Positions 18,920-29,205 of a stretch of 64,000 nucleotides of DNA are shown here, piece after piece (positions within the stretch are counted from its first letter, which is position 1; every line of letters begins with the position of its first letter). The notes beneath the pieces are model-generated. The model saw only the letters and a list, made by a program, of their open reading frames with translations, had not been told where the DNA came from and ran no database searches. The stretch is from an uncultured Thermoplasmata archaeon (lineage in GTDB: Archaea > Thermoplasmatota > Thermoplasmata > RBG-16-68-12): assembly GCA_963768855.1 (NCBI GenBank), contig CAVYJM010000007.1, positions 68,600-132,599 of the forward strand. The letters are read 5' to 3'. The position numbers and the translations under genes were made by a program.

Positions 18920-19849
18920 ATGGCGCCCAAGCGCGACTTCCTCTCCATGCTCGACGTCGAGAAGGACCTCGTCGGGGTCCTCGAGCTCGCCGCGAGCATC
19001 AAGAACCGGACCAAAGCGGGCGAACACTACGAGCCCCTGCGGGGGAAGAGCCTCGCGATGATCTTCGAGAAGGCGTCCACCCGTACCCGGGTCTCCTTCG
19101 AGGTCGGCATGACCCAGCTCGGCGGCCACGCGCTCTTCCTCTCCCCCAATGACCTCCAGATTGGCCGCGGCGAGACGATCGCCGACACCGCGCGGGTGCT
19201 GAGCCGCTTCGTCGACGGCATCATGTACCGTGCCTACAAGAGCGAGAATGTCCGCGAACTCGCGAAGAACGCCAGCATCCCCGTGATCAACGGCCTGGAC
19301 GACAAGGAACATCCGTGCCAGATCGTCGCCGACCTCATGACGATCGTCGAGCACAAGGGGGACCTCAAGCGACTCAAGCTCGCGTACGTGGGGGACGGGA
19401 ACAACGTGTGCAACAGCCTCCTCGTCGGAGCCGCCGAGGTCGGGATGCACGCGACCGCCGGTACGCCCAAGGGATTCGAACCCGACGCCCATCTCCTCTC
19501 CGAGGCGCGGCGGATCGGCAAGGCCACCGGCGCCCGCATCGACGTGGTCCACGACCCCTTCGAAGCCGTGAAGGGCGCGGATGTCCTGTACACGGACGTC
19601 TGGGTGTCCATGGGCATGGAGAAGGAGAGGGAGGAGCGGGAGCGCATCTTCCTGCCGTACCAGGTGAACGCGAAACTCGTGGCCGCGGCGAAGAAGGACG
19701 CAATCGTCCTTCACTGCCTCCCGGCCCACCGGGGCCTCGAGATCACGGACGAGGTCGTGGATGGCCCGCAGAGCGTCGTCTTCGACGAGGCCGAGAACCG
19801 GCTGCACGCGCAGAAGGCGATCCTCGTCCGCCTCCTAGGCGGCGAGTGA
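18920..19849 (+). CDS. argF: Ornithine carbamoyltransferase
   Basis: FEKASTRTRVSFE, HPCQ, GDGNNV, YTDVWVSMG, LHCLP, EAENRLH. Confidence 0.96.
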   Translation: MAPKRDFLSMLDVEKDLVGVLELAASIKNRTKAGEHYEPLRGKSLAMIFEKASTRTRVSFEVGMTQLGGHALFLSPNDLQIGRGETIADTARVLSRFVDGIMYRAYKSENVRELAKNASIPVINGLDDKEHPCQIVADLMTIVEHKGDLKRLKLAYVGDGNNVCNSLLVGAAEVGMHATAGTPKGFEPDAHLLSEARRIGKATGARIDVVHDPFEAVKGADVLYTDVWVSMGMEKEREERERIFLPYQVNAKLVAAAKKDAIVLHCLPAHRGLEITDEVVDGPQSVVFDEAENRLHAQKAILVRLLGGE

Positions 19850-19895
19850 CCTCCCGCGGCAAGCCGTATATAGAGCGTGAATCCTGCCGGGCCGG

Positions 19896-21596
19896 ATGGC
19901 CGTCACCCGCAAGCAGCTGCGCGCCGCGGCGGCCGTCTTGGTCCTCCTGGCGGCGGTCGCCGCCGTGCTCGCGCCCAGCGCCGCGTTGAACGCCGGATCG
20001 CTCGCGCTCCTCGCGCTCTACTCGACGATTCGGATGGCGCTGGCGTTCATCCTCTCCTTGGTCTTCGCGATCGCCTTCGGCACCGCCGCGGCGACGAGCA
20101 AGCGGGCCGGCGAGGTCCTCATCCCGATCCTCGACATCCTCCAGTCCGTCCCGATCCTGGCGTTCTTCCCGCCCGCCCTCCTGTTCTTTTACTACTCGCT
20201 CGGCGGGAGCGCGGTGGGCGAGGAGTTCGCGGTCATCTTCCTCATTTTCACGAGCATGGCGTGGAACATGGCCTTCGGAGTCTACGAGGCCCTGACGACC
20301 CTTCCCGGTGACCTCAAGGAGGCCGCCTCCGTCTTCGGGGTCCGGGACTGGCTCCGGTTCCGGCGCCTCTTCTTCCCCGCCACGATCCCGAAGCTCGTCT
20401 ACAACTCGATGCTCTCTTGGACCGTGGGCTGGTTCTACCTGGTGGCAAGCGAGGCAATCAGCTCGGGGAGCCTAAACCTCGAACGCCCCGGCCTCGGGTC
20501 GTTCATCTTCGCGGCGGGCCAGCGCGGGGACGTCCCCGCTATCCTGCTCGGAATCGGCGCCCTGGCGGTCGTCGTCCTCCTCCTGGACACCTTTCTCTGG
20601 CGGCCGCTCAGCGTGTGGTCCGAACGGTTCCGGATGGAGCAAACCGCGGGCGGCCCGACGACGCGCGCAACCGCGCCCTACGAACGGCTGCGGTGGCTGC
20701 CGCGATTTCCGCAGATCCGCCGTTGGCTGAGCGCACGCCTCGCGCCCCTCGCAAAAGGCTGGAACCGTGCCGCCTCCCCGCTCGACCACTACTACGTGTC
20801 CCACCCGAAGCTCATCCGCACGGTGCGCTGGGTCGACCTTGCGATGTTCCTCGTCATCCTCGTGTCCGTCGTGGTCACGGGAGTCGTGGGGATTGCCGCA
20901 ATCCTCACGAGCCCGATGCCCGCCTTGGCCGGAGAGATCCCGGCCGCCCTCGCGGCCTCCCTTGGCCGCCTGGGTCTCGCGTACGCCAGCGCGCTCGCCT
21001 GGACGATCCCCGTGGCGGCCTGGGTCGTCCAAAGCCCGCGCGCCTCCCGCTTCGTGACGCCCTTCCTCGAGGTGGTGGCCTCGATTCCGGCCACCGCGCT
21101 GTTCCCCCTGATCATCGCGTTTGCCGTGCTCGCGGTTGGGGCGTTCGGGCTGGAAGCGGAGCTCTCCGCGTACATGGTCGCCCTCTTCGCGATGCAGTGG
21201 TATCTCCTGTTCAACCTGATCGCGGGGATGCGGAGCATCCCGGGCGACATGCGCGAGGCCGCGAAGGTGTTCGGCCTCCGCGGGTGGATCTACTGGAAGC
21301 GGGTCCTGCTGCCTGCGATCATGCCCTCCCTGCTCACGGGGAGCATCACGGCGTGGGGAGCCGGCTGGAACGCGCTCATCGTGGCGGAATACATCTCGTA
21401 CGCGGGGCATGTCTATCGCGTGGGCGCCGGGATCGGATACCTGATCGCCTACTCAACGTACACGCCGGGAGACCAGGGGAGGCTCCTCCTGCTGTCCGTC
21501 CTGGCGCTCGTCGTCGTCGTTCTCGTAATGAACAAGCTTTTGTGGCGCCCCATCATTAAACGCGCCTCGACACGCTTCCGGATTGAGATCCAATGA
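19896..21596 (+). CDS. NitT/TauT-family ABC transporter permease with two fused TM domains
   Basis: [23 protein letters not shown], two EAA loops ([20 protein letters not shown]), WNALIVAE. Confidence 0.88.
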   Translation: MAVTRKQLRAAAAVLVLLAAVAAVLAPSAALNAGSLALLALYSTIRMALAFILSLVFAIAFGTAAATSKRAGEVLIPILDILQSVPILAFFPPALLFFYYSLGGSAVGEEFAVIFLIFTSMAWNMAFGVYEALTTLPGDLKEAASVFGVRDWLRFRRLFFPATIPKLVYNSMLSWTVGWFYLVASEAISSGSLNLERPGLGSFIFAAGQRGDVPAILLGIGALAVVVLLLDTFLWRPLSVWSERFRMEQTAGGPTTRATAPYERLRWLPRFPQIRRWLSARLAPLAKGWNRAASPLDHYYVSHPKLIRTVRWVDLAMFLVILVSVVVTGVVGIAAILTSPMPALAGEIPAALAASLGRLGLAYASALAWTIPVAAWVVQSPRASRFVTPFLEVVASIPATALFPLIIAFAVLAVGAFGLEAELSAYMVALFAMQWYLLFNLIAGMRSIPGDMREAAKVFGLRGWIYWKRVLLPAIMPSLLTGSITAWGAGWNALIVAEYISYAGHVYRVGAGIGYLIAYSTYTPGDQGRLLLLSVLALVVVVLVMNKLLWRPIIKRASTRFRIEIQ

Positions 21597-22354
21597 CCGC
21601 TGGCTCCCTCATCCTCGAGGTCAAGCACGTCTCGAAGTCCTACTCGGAGAACGGGAAGAAGTTCCGGGTGCTCGAGGACGTCTCCTTCGAGGTCCACGAC
21701 CGCGACTTCATTTGCATCGTCGGGCCGTCGGGCTGCGGGAAGTCGACCCTCCTCCGCGAGATCGTCGGACTGGATCTGCCCACAAGCGGGGAGATCCGCT
21801 TCGAGGGGAAGCCGGTCCAAGCGGAGAATCCGCGGATCTCGATGGTCTTCCAGTCCTTCGCCCTGTTCCCCTGGCTCACGGTCCTGGAGAACGTGGAATT
21901 GGGCTTAGAGGCCCACAAGGTACCGGAAGAAGAGCGCCGCGGCAAGGCGAAGAAGTACATCGACGCGGTCGGCCTGGCCGGCTTCGAGAACGCGTACCCA
22001 CGCGAGCTGAGCGGCGGGATGAAGCAGCGCGTCGGCATCGCCCGGGCGCTCGTCATGGACCCGACCCTCCTCTGCATGGACGAGCCGTTCTCCGCGCTGG
22101 ACGCGCTGACGGCGCAGAACCTGCGGGATGAGATCCTGCAGCTCTGGACGAACCCGGACATCCCGCCCTCCGCCGTGCTCATGGTGACGCACAGCATCGA
22201 CGAGGCGGTGTACCTCGCAGACCGGATCGTGGCGATGTCGCCGCGGCCCGGGCGAATCGTGAAGATCGAGTCCGTAGACCTGCCGCGGCCCCGGAACCGC
22301 AAGGAGCCGGAGTTCTACGGATGGGTCGACGAAATCTATTCCCTGATCGTGTAA
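21593..22354 (+). CDS. NitT/TauT-family ABC transporter ATP-binding subunit
   Basis: [45 protein letters not shown]. Confidence 0.93.
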   Translation: MTAGSLILEVKHVSKSYSENGKKFRVLEDVSFEVHDRDFICIVGPSGCGKSTLLREIVGLDLPTSGEIRFEGKPVQAENPRISMVFQSFALFPWLTVLENVELGLEAHKVPEEERRGKAKKYIDAVGLAGFENAYPRELSGGMKQRVGIARALVMDPTLLCMDEPFSALDALTAQNLRDEILQLWTNPDIPPSAVLMVTHSIDEAVYLADRIVAMSPRPGRIVKIESVDLPRPRNRKEPEFYGWVDEIYSLIV

Positions 22355-22367
22355 GGAGGTCCAACAA

Positions 22368-22892
22368 ATGCCAAATAGTCCGCCCGCGAATGAGCCATGG
22401 AAGCTATTGGCCGACATGCACCCGATCGCCAAGGTCTCCGTGGGCCAGATCCTCGGCCTGGTCGAGGCCATCGACGAAGTGGGCGGATCCGCGGACGTCG
22501 CGACGATCTCTCAGGAGGTCGAGATGGACATCGACCGCCTCGGGCCCATCATCGACGCGGCGGAGCTCTTGAACTTCGTCAAGGTCGCTGAGGGCGACCT
22601 CACGATCACGGAGCTGAGCCGGAAGGTCCTGCACGCGAACGTCCGCGAGCGGAAGAAGATCATCCGGGACATCATCGACGATGTGCCGATTTTCAAGCAG
22701 GTCATGGAGATGGCGAAGGCGGCCGGACGCCCGCTCTCCCGCGAAGAGGTGCTCGGCACGATTGCGGCCCAGGTGGGCACCCACAACGCGGATGACCTGT
22801 TCGACGCCCTCGTGTACTGGGGTCGCTACACGGAACTCGTCCACTACGACAGCGAGTCCGAGCAGCTGACAATCCTCATGCCGTCCGAGTGA
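22368..22892 (+). CDS. Stand-alone AAA-associated C-terminal domain protein (AAA_assoc_C-like, winged helix)
   Basis: VSVGQILGLVE, DIDRLGPIIDAAELLNFV...GDLTIT, LVYWGRYTELVHYD, as in the C-terminal domain usually fused to this ABC ATPase subfamily. Confidence 0.75.
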   Translation: MPNSPPANEPWKLLADMHPIAKVSVGQILGLVEAIDEVGGSADVATISQEVEMDIDRLGPIIDAAELLNFVKVAEGDLTITELSRKVLHANVRERKKIIRDIIDDVPIFKQVMEMAKAAGRPLSREEVLGTIAAQVGTHNADDLFDALVYWGRYTELVHYDSESEQLTILMPSE

Positions 22893-22904
22893 CGAGGGTT
22901 CGCG

Positions 22905-24509
22905 TTACCCGGTCGCACCGAAGAACTGCCGCAGCATCGGATGCATTTCCATCATCTGCTCGCGGCCGATGGCCTCGTAGGTCTGGATGAGGATGCCTAC
23001 GGCTAGCAGGACGCCCGTCCCGGAGGCGTTTCCCACCGTGCCGATCATGTCGGCGCCTGCAGCCAAGGCCCCCACCGCCGCGCCGGAGATGACGGCCACG
23101 ACCGGGATGTATCGGTCGAGCACCCGACGGAGTACCCTCGGATCTCTCCGGAATCCGGGAATCTGCATGCCGCTCGACTCGATCTGCCGCGCGACGTCCT
23201 CCGGCCCCATGTTCGTCGTCATGATCCAGAACTTGGCGAACAGGACGGAACCGAAGATGAAGATTGAGAGGTACACGCCGAGGTGGATGAGAACCTGGAA
23301 GTATGAATGGCCCTTCAGGTACACGCCGTAGGTGACCGGGTTAAAGAGCGGTAAGAGCCAGTCCGCCACCCCGTTGACCGTCGAGACGTAGAACGCGAAC
23401 CCGCCGATCGGGGTGGTCTGCTGGATCTGGCCTGCGGTTACCCTCGGGTCGGTCGCAATCGGGTACGCGCCCAGCCACCACTGGTGGCCGATCAGCGGCC
23501 ACTCGGGATGCTGCCAGAACAGGAGGGAGAACATGCTCACGTTCGCGAGGACCGCGGCGACCAGGATGACCGGGATGTTCGAGGCGTACATCAGGCGGAT
23601 CGGGTAGCGCCCGCGAGCGCCCCGGGCGAGTCCGTGCGCCAGGGGGAGCTCGATCCGGGTCGACTCGACGTAGGCGACCAGGAAGAAGATGGCAATCGTG
23701 CCGAAGAGGGCGATGAGCGGATTCGGTTGCCCGACCATGATCTGCTCGATTCCCGTCTGCGAGAGCTGCGCGGCGGGCATGTGGCCGAGGAAGTAGATGG
23801 TCTTCGGGATGGCGCCGGCCGGGACCGCCGAGCTGGCCGACGACGGCTCCCAGTTGAACGTCCCCGTGAAGATCTGCTGCGCGACGCCGCCCGCGATGAA
23901 GAGGGAGATGCCCGACCCGATGCCCCACTTCGAGACGACCTCGTCCATGAGGAACACGAGGTAGGAGCCGAGGAAGAGTTGCAGGATGATGAGGAACTTC
24001 GCGAGGTCGGCACCGTTCCCGGCAGGGATGAGACCGAAGAGCGCCGGGCCGTTCAGCCCGGTCACGAACCCGGCCGCGGGCGTGAGGAACCCGTAGACCT
24101 GCGGGATCGCCTCGACGAAGATCATGATGATAACCAGGAGCTTCTGCGTGCCCTGGTACACACTCTTGTCTTCGTCGTCCTCGAGGTCGAGGTTGATGAT
24201 CTTGGCGCCTGCGAAGAGCTGCATGATGATCGAGGCCGTGACGATCGGCCCGATTCCGAGGTGCATGAGCGAGCCCTGGGCGCCCGCCAGGATTGCGCGG
24301 AGGCTTGAGAAGAAGTCGATGACGTTCGTGCGGTCCAGGCCGTAGATGAAGATGTTCGTCATCACGAAGTACAGGACCAGGATCGCGACGACCCAGAACA
24401 TCTTCGTGCGGAACTGGACGTGGCCCTCCGGGCGCGTGACGGCCGGGAGGCGGTCCGTCAGCGGCTTCAGGGCGTAGAGCCGGCTCTTCTTCTGCTCCTC
24501 GAGGGGCAT
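22905..24509 (-). CDS. secY: Preprotein translocase subunit SecY
   Basis: LMHLGIGPIVTASIIMQL, DEVVSKWGIGSGISLF, YPIRLMYASNIP, SGMQIPGFRR, GTGVLLAV. Confidence 0.96.
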   Translation of the reverse strand: MPLEEQKKSRLYALKPLTDRLPAVTRPEGHVQFRTKMFWVVAILVLYFVMTNIFIYGLDRTNVIDFFSSLRAILAGAQGSLMHLGIGPIVTASIIMQLFAGAKIINLDLEDDEDKSVYQGTQKLLVIIMIFVEAIPQVYGFLTPAAGFVTGLNGPALFGLIPAGNGADLAKFLIILQLFLGSYLVFLMDEVVSKWGIGSGISLFIAGGVAQQIFTGTFNWEPSSASSAVPAGAIPKTIYFLGHMPAAQLSQTGIEQIMVGQPNPLIALFGTIAIFFLVAYVESTRIELPLAHGLARGARGRYPIRLMYASNIPVILVAAVLANVSMFSLLFWQHPEWPLIGHQWWLGAYPIATDPRVTAGQIQQTTPIGGFAFYVSTVNGVADWLLPLFNPVTYGVYLKGHSYFQVLIHLGVYLSIFIFGSVLFAKFWIMTTNMGPEDVARQIESSGMQIPGFRRDPRVLRRVLDRYIPVVAVISGAAVGALAAGADMIGTVGNASGTGVLLAVGILIQTYEAIGREQMMEMHPMLRQFFGATG

Positions 24510-24512
24510 CGA

Positions 24513-24950
24513 TTACTCCTTCGCTTGCTCGGGCAGGATGACCTGCCCACCGGCCTCTTGCACTTTCGCCCGAGCCTGCTCGGAGGCCGCTGCCACGGTG
24601 ATCTTGAACGCGGAGGAGACCTGGCCGCCCCCGAGGAGCTTGTCGATTCCCGCTGCGGTCAGGTCGATCTCGATCCCGGCGCCGGCGCGCTTCGCGTGGC
24701 CCTGGGCCTCGAGCTCCGCGACGCGGGTTCCGAGCTGCTCGAGGTTGATGACCGTGACCTCGTGCTTCACGGCGTGGCGCGTGAAGCCGTGGCGCCCGAA
24801 GTGGTCCGGGTCGTACTTGATCATCCACTTGAATTTGTGCTTGTGGAGACCCGCGTTCCCCGTGCCGCCGCGGCCGCCGGCGCCGCGGCCGTGTTTCTTG
24901 CCGCGGCCGTGGGTGCGGCTCCCGCGCATCTTGCGCGTCCTACTGGGCAT
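24513..24950 (-). CDS. rpl15: 50S ribosomal protein L15
   Basis: RKMRGSRTHGRG, GGRGGTGNAG, FGRHGF, KLLGGG. Start ATG 24950. Confidence 0.93.
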   Translation of the reverse strand: MPSRTRKMRGSRTHGRGKKHGRGAGGRGGTGNAGLHKHKFKWMIKYDPDHFGRHGFTRHAVKHEVTVINLEQLGTRVAELEAQGHAKRAGAGIEIDLTAAGIDKLLGGGQVSSAFKITVAAASEQARAKVQEAGGQVILPEQAKE

Positions 24951-25431
24951 CCTTGGCACCTTCCTCGAACAGCATGCGCTCGATGAGCTCGTTGATTGCC
25001 TTGCCACGGTAGCCGAGGTCACCGCCGTCGTTGTAGCCTCGCTTGATCCCGCGCAGGCCCTTGACGGGCGGATGGAGCCGGAGCACCGGCCGGAGGTCCG
25101 TGACCTCGCGGAGGCTGGCCTCGCCCTTCGCCACGGCCTGGCTCAGGTCCCAAATGGAATTGAACTTGCTGTGGGCCTTGACGAACGCGTCGTCGATCGG
25201 CTTGTCGCCGACCGCGCGCCCCCGCCGCAGCAGGGCCTTCGCGAGGGTCTGATCGTCCACCTCGCCCCAGGTCACGAAGTCCTTCACGACCTTGAGCATG
25301 CCCGTGTACGTCGGGTCCTGGGGGATGATGACGCAGTGGTTCTGCCGCGTGAGGTGGAGCATCGTGAGGGTGTCGTGCACCGTGTCCCGGAGGTCGTGCT
25401 TGCCCCGGAGCCGGATGACCGCGAAGCTCAT
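24940..25431 (-). CDS. rpl30: 50S ribosomal protein L30 (archaeal long form)
   Basis: AVIRLRG, GMLKVVKDFVTWGE, LRLHPPVKG, GDLGYRGKAINELIERM. Confidence 0.93.
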   Translation of the reverse strand: MSFAVIRLRGKHDLRDTVHDTLTMLHLTRQNHCVIIPQDPTYTGMLKVVKDFVTWGEVDDQTLAKALLRRGRAVGDKPIDDAFVKAHSKFNSIWDLSQAVAKGEASLREVTDLRPVLRLHPPVKGLRGIKRGYNDGGDLGYRGKAINELIERMLFEEGAKDAQ

Positions 25432-26300
25432 GGCTGTTTCACCTCGTCCTTCGGTTCACCCTCGGTCTGCTCGACCTTCTCCTCCTTCTCCTCGGTCGCC
25501 TCTTCGGCGAGGTCCGTGCCCTCGATCCGACCGTCGGCGGTGAGCTCCGTCTCCGCAGCCTCGGGCGGGGCGGTCGAGGCGATCTTGTGGACGTAGACCT
25601 GCTCCGCTCCCTGGCGGATCTTGAGCCGCTCCGTGAGCTCGCCGGGGACCTTCATCCCGGCCGTCTTCCGGAGGGCCTCAAACGCCGCGAGCGCGTAGTT
25701 CACGGTCGTCTTCGTGTGACCCTTCGTGAAGCCCCACGCATCCGTGATGCCCGAGAGCCGCAGGATGCTCTTCGCGACGTCGCCGACCGCAAGGCCGACG
25801 CCTTGGGGTGCGGGCTTCAGGGACACCTCCACGGATCCCGAGGAACCGGCGACCTTGAAGGGGAGGGAGTGTGCGCGGTAGCAGCCGCATTCCCAGGAGC
25901 CGCATCCCCGCTTCACCTCGATCATGTTGATCTTCGCGTTGTCGATCGCGCGCCGGATGGAGGGCCCGACCTCGCGGCCCCGGGCGCGGCCCAGGCCTAC
26001 GAAGCCGTCCTTGTTGCCGACCACGCAGGTGATCACGAAGTTCACACGCCGGCCGGAGTCGGTCATGCGCTGGACCATGTTCACGTCGAGGACCTCGTCC
26101 TCCGTCTCGGGGAGGAGGATGTCCACGATCTCCGGTTCCCGGATCGGAAGGCCGCTCGAGATCGCCTCGCCCATCGTGGTGACCGTTCCGCTGAGGACCA
26201 TCTTCCCGAGCTTCGTCTTCGGGTTCCACTGGCTCAGGTCCCTCTGCGGACGGGAGTCCCGCGGGGGACGGCCGCCTCGTCGCTTTCTGCGTCCAGGCAT
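25428..26300 (-). CDS. rps5: 30S ribosomal protein S5 with acidic C-terminal tail
   Basis: WNPKTKLG, VQRMTDSGRR, VKRGCGSWEC, PAPQGVGL, TKTTVN. Confidence 0.95.
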   Translation of the reverse strand: MPGRRKRRGGRPPRDSRPQRDLSQWNPKTKLGKMVLSGTVTTMGEAISSGLPIREPEIVDILLPETEDEVLDVNMVQRMTDSGRRVNFVITCVVGNKDGFVGLGRARGREVGPSIRRAIDNAKINMIEVKRGCGSWECGCYRAHSLPFKVAGSSGSVEVSLKPAPQGVGLAVGDVAKSILRLSGITDAWGFTKGHTKTTVNYALAAFEALRKTAGMKVPGELTERLKIRQGAEQVYVHKIASTAPPEAAETELTADGRIEGTDLAEEATEEKEEKVEQTEGEPKDEVKQP

Positions 26301-26803
26301 CAGGCCGCCTCCAGCTTCGCCTTCACGGCGTCGAACGACTTGACGACCTCGTCCCCGATGTGCTCGCCCCGGATGCGGGCCTTCGCGGGGAGGATCTCCT
26401 TGCTGTGCGGCACCTTCACGCCCGCGTCGAGGAGGCCCTGGAGCGCTGCGAATACCCGGCCGCCCTTCGTGGGCTTTTGGACGCCGATATCGAGGACCGC
26501 GTCCTTGACGCCCTTGGCGAGGGCGCGCTTCCCGGCGAGGTAGCCGGTCAGGTACGCTGCGGGCACGTTGCCCGTCCCGACGGACCAGCCATGCTCCTTC
26601 AGGTCGAGGGACTGGGCCGAGGCCAGCACGTGGTCGCCGCCCGCGTCCGCCTCGACGATCTGGACGAGCGTCTGGTTGAGCGTCTTCCGGACGACCGCGC
26701 GGGGTGATGCGCTCCGGAGCAGCCGCTGGCGCCGCCGGTAGTCCGTCTTCCCCTCGCGTCGGCGCCGGAACGCCACGCGGAAGTGGGGACCTTGCTTCTT
26801 CAT
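26300..26803 (-). CDS. rpl18: 50S ribosomal protein L18
   Basis: FRRRREGKTDY, GNVPAAYLTG, AVLDIG, GLLDAGVKVPH. Start ATG 26803. Confidence 0.94.
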   Translation of the reverse strand: MKKQGPHFRVAFRRRREGKTDYRRRQRLLRSASPRAVVRKTLNQTLVQIVEADAGGDHVLASAQSLDLKEHGWSVGTGNVPAAYLTGYLAGKRALAKGVKDAVLDIGVQKPTKGGRVFAALQGLLDAGVKVPHSKEILPAKARIRGEHIGDEVVKSFDAVKAKLEAA

Positions 26804-27264
26804 TTCGCTGCCTCCTTGAGAACGCCCGCTATCTGAAGTTGCTGAGTCAGGTGGGCCTTGGATTTGAACATACCGCCCTTCGCCTGGCGGTAGAACCGGC
26901 GGTACGTGTGGACGTCGATGCGACCCTGGGCCTTGAGCTCCCGCAGGTAGGCCCGGAGTCTCCGGATGTTCCCCATCCATTGCCCCTTCGAAGACGAGCG
27001 GGCGTTCGCGGTCCCGCGACGCGTGCCCTGGCCCCGCTGGCGGCCCTTGCGCCGCTGGGCGGCGCGGATCCGCGCGCGGCCGCGGGACACGCCCTGCTCC
27101 GGGCGCTTCGTGATCACGTTTCTCCGGATGAGCTCGCGGATCTGCTCGCGCGTGATCGCATCAAAGATACTCTCCTGTTCGGCCGGGTCCGTCGTGATCC
27201 GCACCCGGTTCAGGCCGCATCCGAGGATCGCGGAAGCCAGGCGGCGCTGGTGGTCGAACCTCAT
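26800..27264 (-). CDS. rpl19e: 50S ribosomal protein L19e
   Basis: QRRLASAILGCG..RV, AITREQIRELI, GRQRGQGTRRGTANAR, YRRFYRQAKGGMF. Confidence 0.94.
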   Translation of the reverse strand: MRFDHQRRLASAILGCGLNRVRITTDPAEQESIFDAITREQIRELIRRNVITKRPEQGVSRGRARIRAAQRRKGRQRGQGTRRGTANARSSSKGQWMGNIRRLRAYLRELKAQGRIDVHTYRRFYRQAKGGMFKSKAHLTQQLQIAGVLKEAAK

Positions 27265-28103
27265 TCCGTCACCATCCGGTTCAGGACGCGCAGGCCCTTG
27301 TCGTCGCATGCCTTCTCGATCAGCTCGCGCTTGCGCGAACCCACGCCGTGCGCGATGCGGACGGCCTGCTTCGCGGGATCGAGGCCTTCGAGCTCGCGTT
27401 CGTTGTGGACCAGGACTTCCAGGAAGCCGCTCGGGTGAAGCCCACGGACGGACCGCGGGCCGCGGTATCCCACGGACGGGAGGTTCCAGCGGTAGCCGAA
27501 ATGGCGGCGCAGCTTGGACTGTCCGCCCTGGGGCTTCCGCCACTCGTCTCCGAACCGCTTGTATCGGAACCACTCCTGGCGGTGGAAGGCGGGGCGGGCG
27601 GCCGACTTCGCGGCTCGGAGCGCGAGGAGGCGCAGGGTCTTCGGATCGAGCTTCGGCTTGAGGTTGGGGACATACTCCTCCTCGGCTTCCCCTTCCGCTT
27701 CTTCCTCGACTTCCTTCTCGGCCCTCTTCTCCGGCTTCTTCGCGGGCTTCTTCGGCTCTTCCTTGGCGGGCTTCGCGGGAGCCTTCTTCGCGGCGGGTCT
27801 CTTCTCCGCGGGGGCCACCTTGGGCACGGGCTCCTCGGCCTTCGGGGCCTCGGCTGCAGGGGCCGCAACGGCCTTCTTGTGCTCGAGGACGTACTCGGCG
27901 ACCCGCTTCCGCAGGTCGTCGACCCGGCCCTCCGTGCTGACTCCGAAGGATTCGCCCCAGGCGACGAGCTCGGCCTTCTTGGCCGCCCGGATCTCCTGCG
28001 CGGTCGGGAGCGCGGGCTCCTCCTTCGCCTCGGGAGGCACCTCGGGCATGGCCTTCTTCACTTTCTTCGGGGGCTCCGTCGGAGTCTCTTCCTCATCCGC
28101 CAT
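27261..28103 (-). CDS. rpl32e: 50S ribosomal protein L32e with long N-terminal extension
   Basis: C-terminal PAFHRQEWFRYKR..WRKPQGGQSKLR..GLHPSGFLEVLVHN. N-terminal ~145 aa are low complexity with a SAP-like insert. Confidence 0.93.
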   Translation of the reverse strand: MADEEETPTEPPKKVKKAMPEVPPEAKEEPALPTAQEIRAAKKAELVAWGESFGVSTEGRVDDLRKRVAEYVLEHKKAVAAPAAEAPKAEEPVPKVAPAEKRPAAKKAPAKPAKEEPKKPAKKPEKRAEKEVEEEAEGEAEEEYVPNLKPKLDPKTLRLLALRAAKSAARPAFHRQEWFRYKRFGDEWRKPQGGQSKLRRHFGYRWNLPSVGYRGPRSVRGLHPSGFLEVLVHNERELEGLDPAKQAVRIAHGVGSRKRELIEKACDDKGLRVLNRMVTE

Positions 28104-28105
28104 GC

Positions 28106-28651
28106 TCACACCTCCCCGGCTTTCTTCGTGATGTAGATGCCATCCTGGAACACGCGCGGGTCGAAGCCTTTGATCTTCGTCGCCTGCTCGATGTTCGCCG
28201 CCGTCTGGGAGACGGCCTCGATGTCGGGCCCGGTGAGGAGGACCTGGTCGCCGTTCACTTCGACCTTCGTGGCTCGCAGGATCGTGGCTCTCCGGGGGAA
28301 CTTCTCCCCGAGGAAGTTCTCGATGACGAACTCCTCGCCCTTCACGGTCGCCTTGATCGGGAAGTGGCTGTAGACGATCTTCATCTCGTAGGTGAAGCCC
28401 TGGGTCACTCCCACGAGCATATTGCGCAGATGCGCGGCGAACGTGCCGACGAGCGCACCGTCCCGGCGGTCCGGATATTCGGACCGCACCTTGATCTCGC
28501 CGTCCTCCACGGCCAGCGTGACCCGGGGGTGGGACAGCAACCGCTGGAGCGTGACTCCCTTCGCCGAGACGACGACCTGGTCGCCTTGGAGCTTGACCTG
28601 GACGCCATCGGGGATCTTCACGCGCTCTTCCTTGAGACCGGTCAGGGGCAT
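28106..28651 (-). CDS. rpl6: 50S ribosomal protein L6
   Basis: IPDGVQV, GTFAAHLRNMLVGVTQG, YSHFPI, NFLGEK, DPRVFQDGIYI. Confidence 0.95.
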   Translation of the reverse strand: MPLTGLKEERVKIPDGVQVKLQGDQVVVSAKGVTLQRLLSHPRVTLAVEDGEIKVRSEYPDRRDGALVGTFAAHLRNMLVGVTQGFTYEMKIVYSHFPIKATVKGEEFVIENFLGEKFPRRATILRATKVEVNGDQVLLTGPDIEAVSQTAANIEQATKIKGFDPRVFQDGIYITKKAGEV

Positions 28652-28659
28652 GGTTCACC

Positions 28660-29049
28660 TCAATACACGTAGGCGAGCAGCTTCCCGCCCACCCCGATCT
28701 CCTTCGCCTTCGTCTGCGAGATGACGCCCTCCGTCGTCGTGAGGATGAGCACGCCGAAGTCCTGGGCGGGTAGGTAGCGCGCCTCGTACTTCTCGAGGTC
28801 CGTGCGGCGGACGGAGAACCGCGGCTTGATGACGCCGCAGGAGTTGATCGTGCCGACGAGCTGGACGCGGTAGATGCCGCCCCGGCCGTCGTCGACGAGC
28901 TCGAAGGAGCGGATGTACTGGTGCTCCTCCATGACCTTCAGGACGTGGCCGATGAGCTTCGAGGCGGGTCGGACGAGGCACTCGTGCTTCCCGGCGGCCT
29001 CCGCGTTGCGGATCGAAACCATCGCATCGTTCAAGGGATCATGCAACAT
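28660..29049 (-). CDS. rps8: 30S ribosomal protein S8
   Basis: DPLNDAMVSIRNAE, INSCGVIKPR, YLPAQDFGVLILTT, GGKLLAYVY. Confidence 0.95.
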   Translation of the reverse strand: MLHDPLNDAMVSIRNAEAAGKHECLVRPASKLIGHVLKVMEEHQYIRSFELVDDGRGGIYRVQLVGTINSCGVIKPRFSVRRTDLEKYEARYLPAQDFGVLILTTTEGVISQTKAKEIGVGGKLLAYVY

Positions 29050-29058
29050 GGGCCCACC

Positions 29059-29205
29059 TCAGCTGTACTTCCGGAACCCGAGGTCGTACGCGATCTCGCG
29101 GAAGCACTGGCGGCAGAGGTGCAGCCCGTACCGCCGCACGATCCCGCGCTTCCGGCCGCATCGCAGACAGCCCTTCTTCCGGCCGAAATCCTTCGTTCGC
29201 TTCAC
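29059..29205 (-). CDS. rps14: 30S ribosomal protein S14 (zinc-binding, type Z)
   Basis: Translated by hand, below the ORF-track cutoff: [48 protein letters not shown]. Confidence 0.93.
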   Translation of the reverse strand: MKRTKDFGRKKGCLRCGRKRGIVRRYGLHLCRQCFREIAYDLGFRKYS

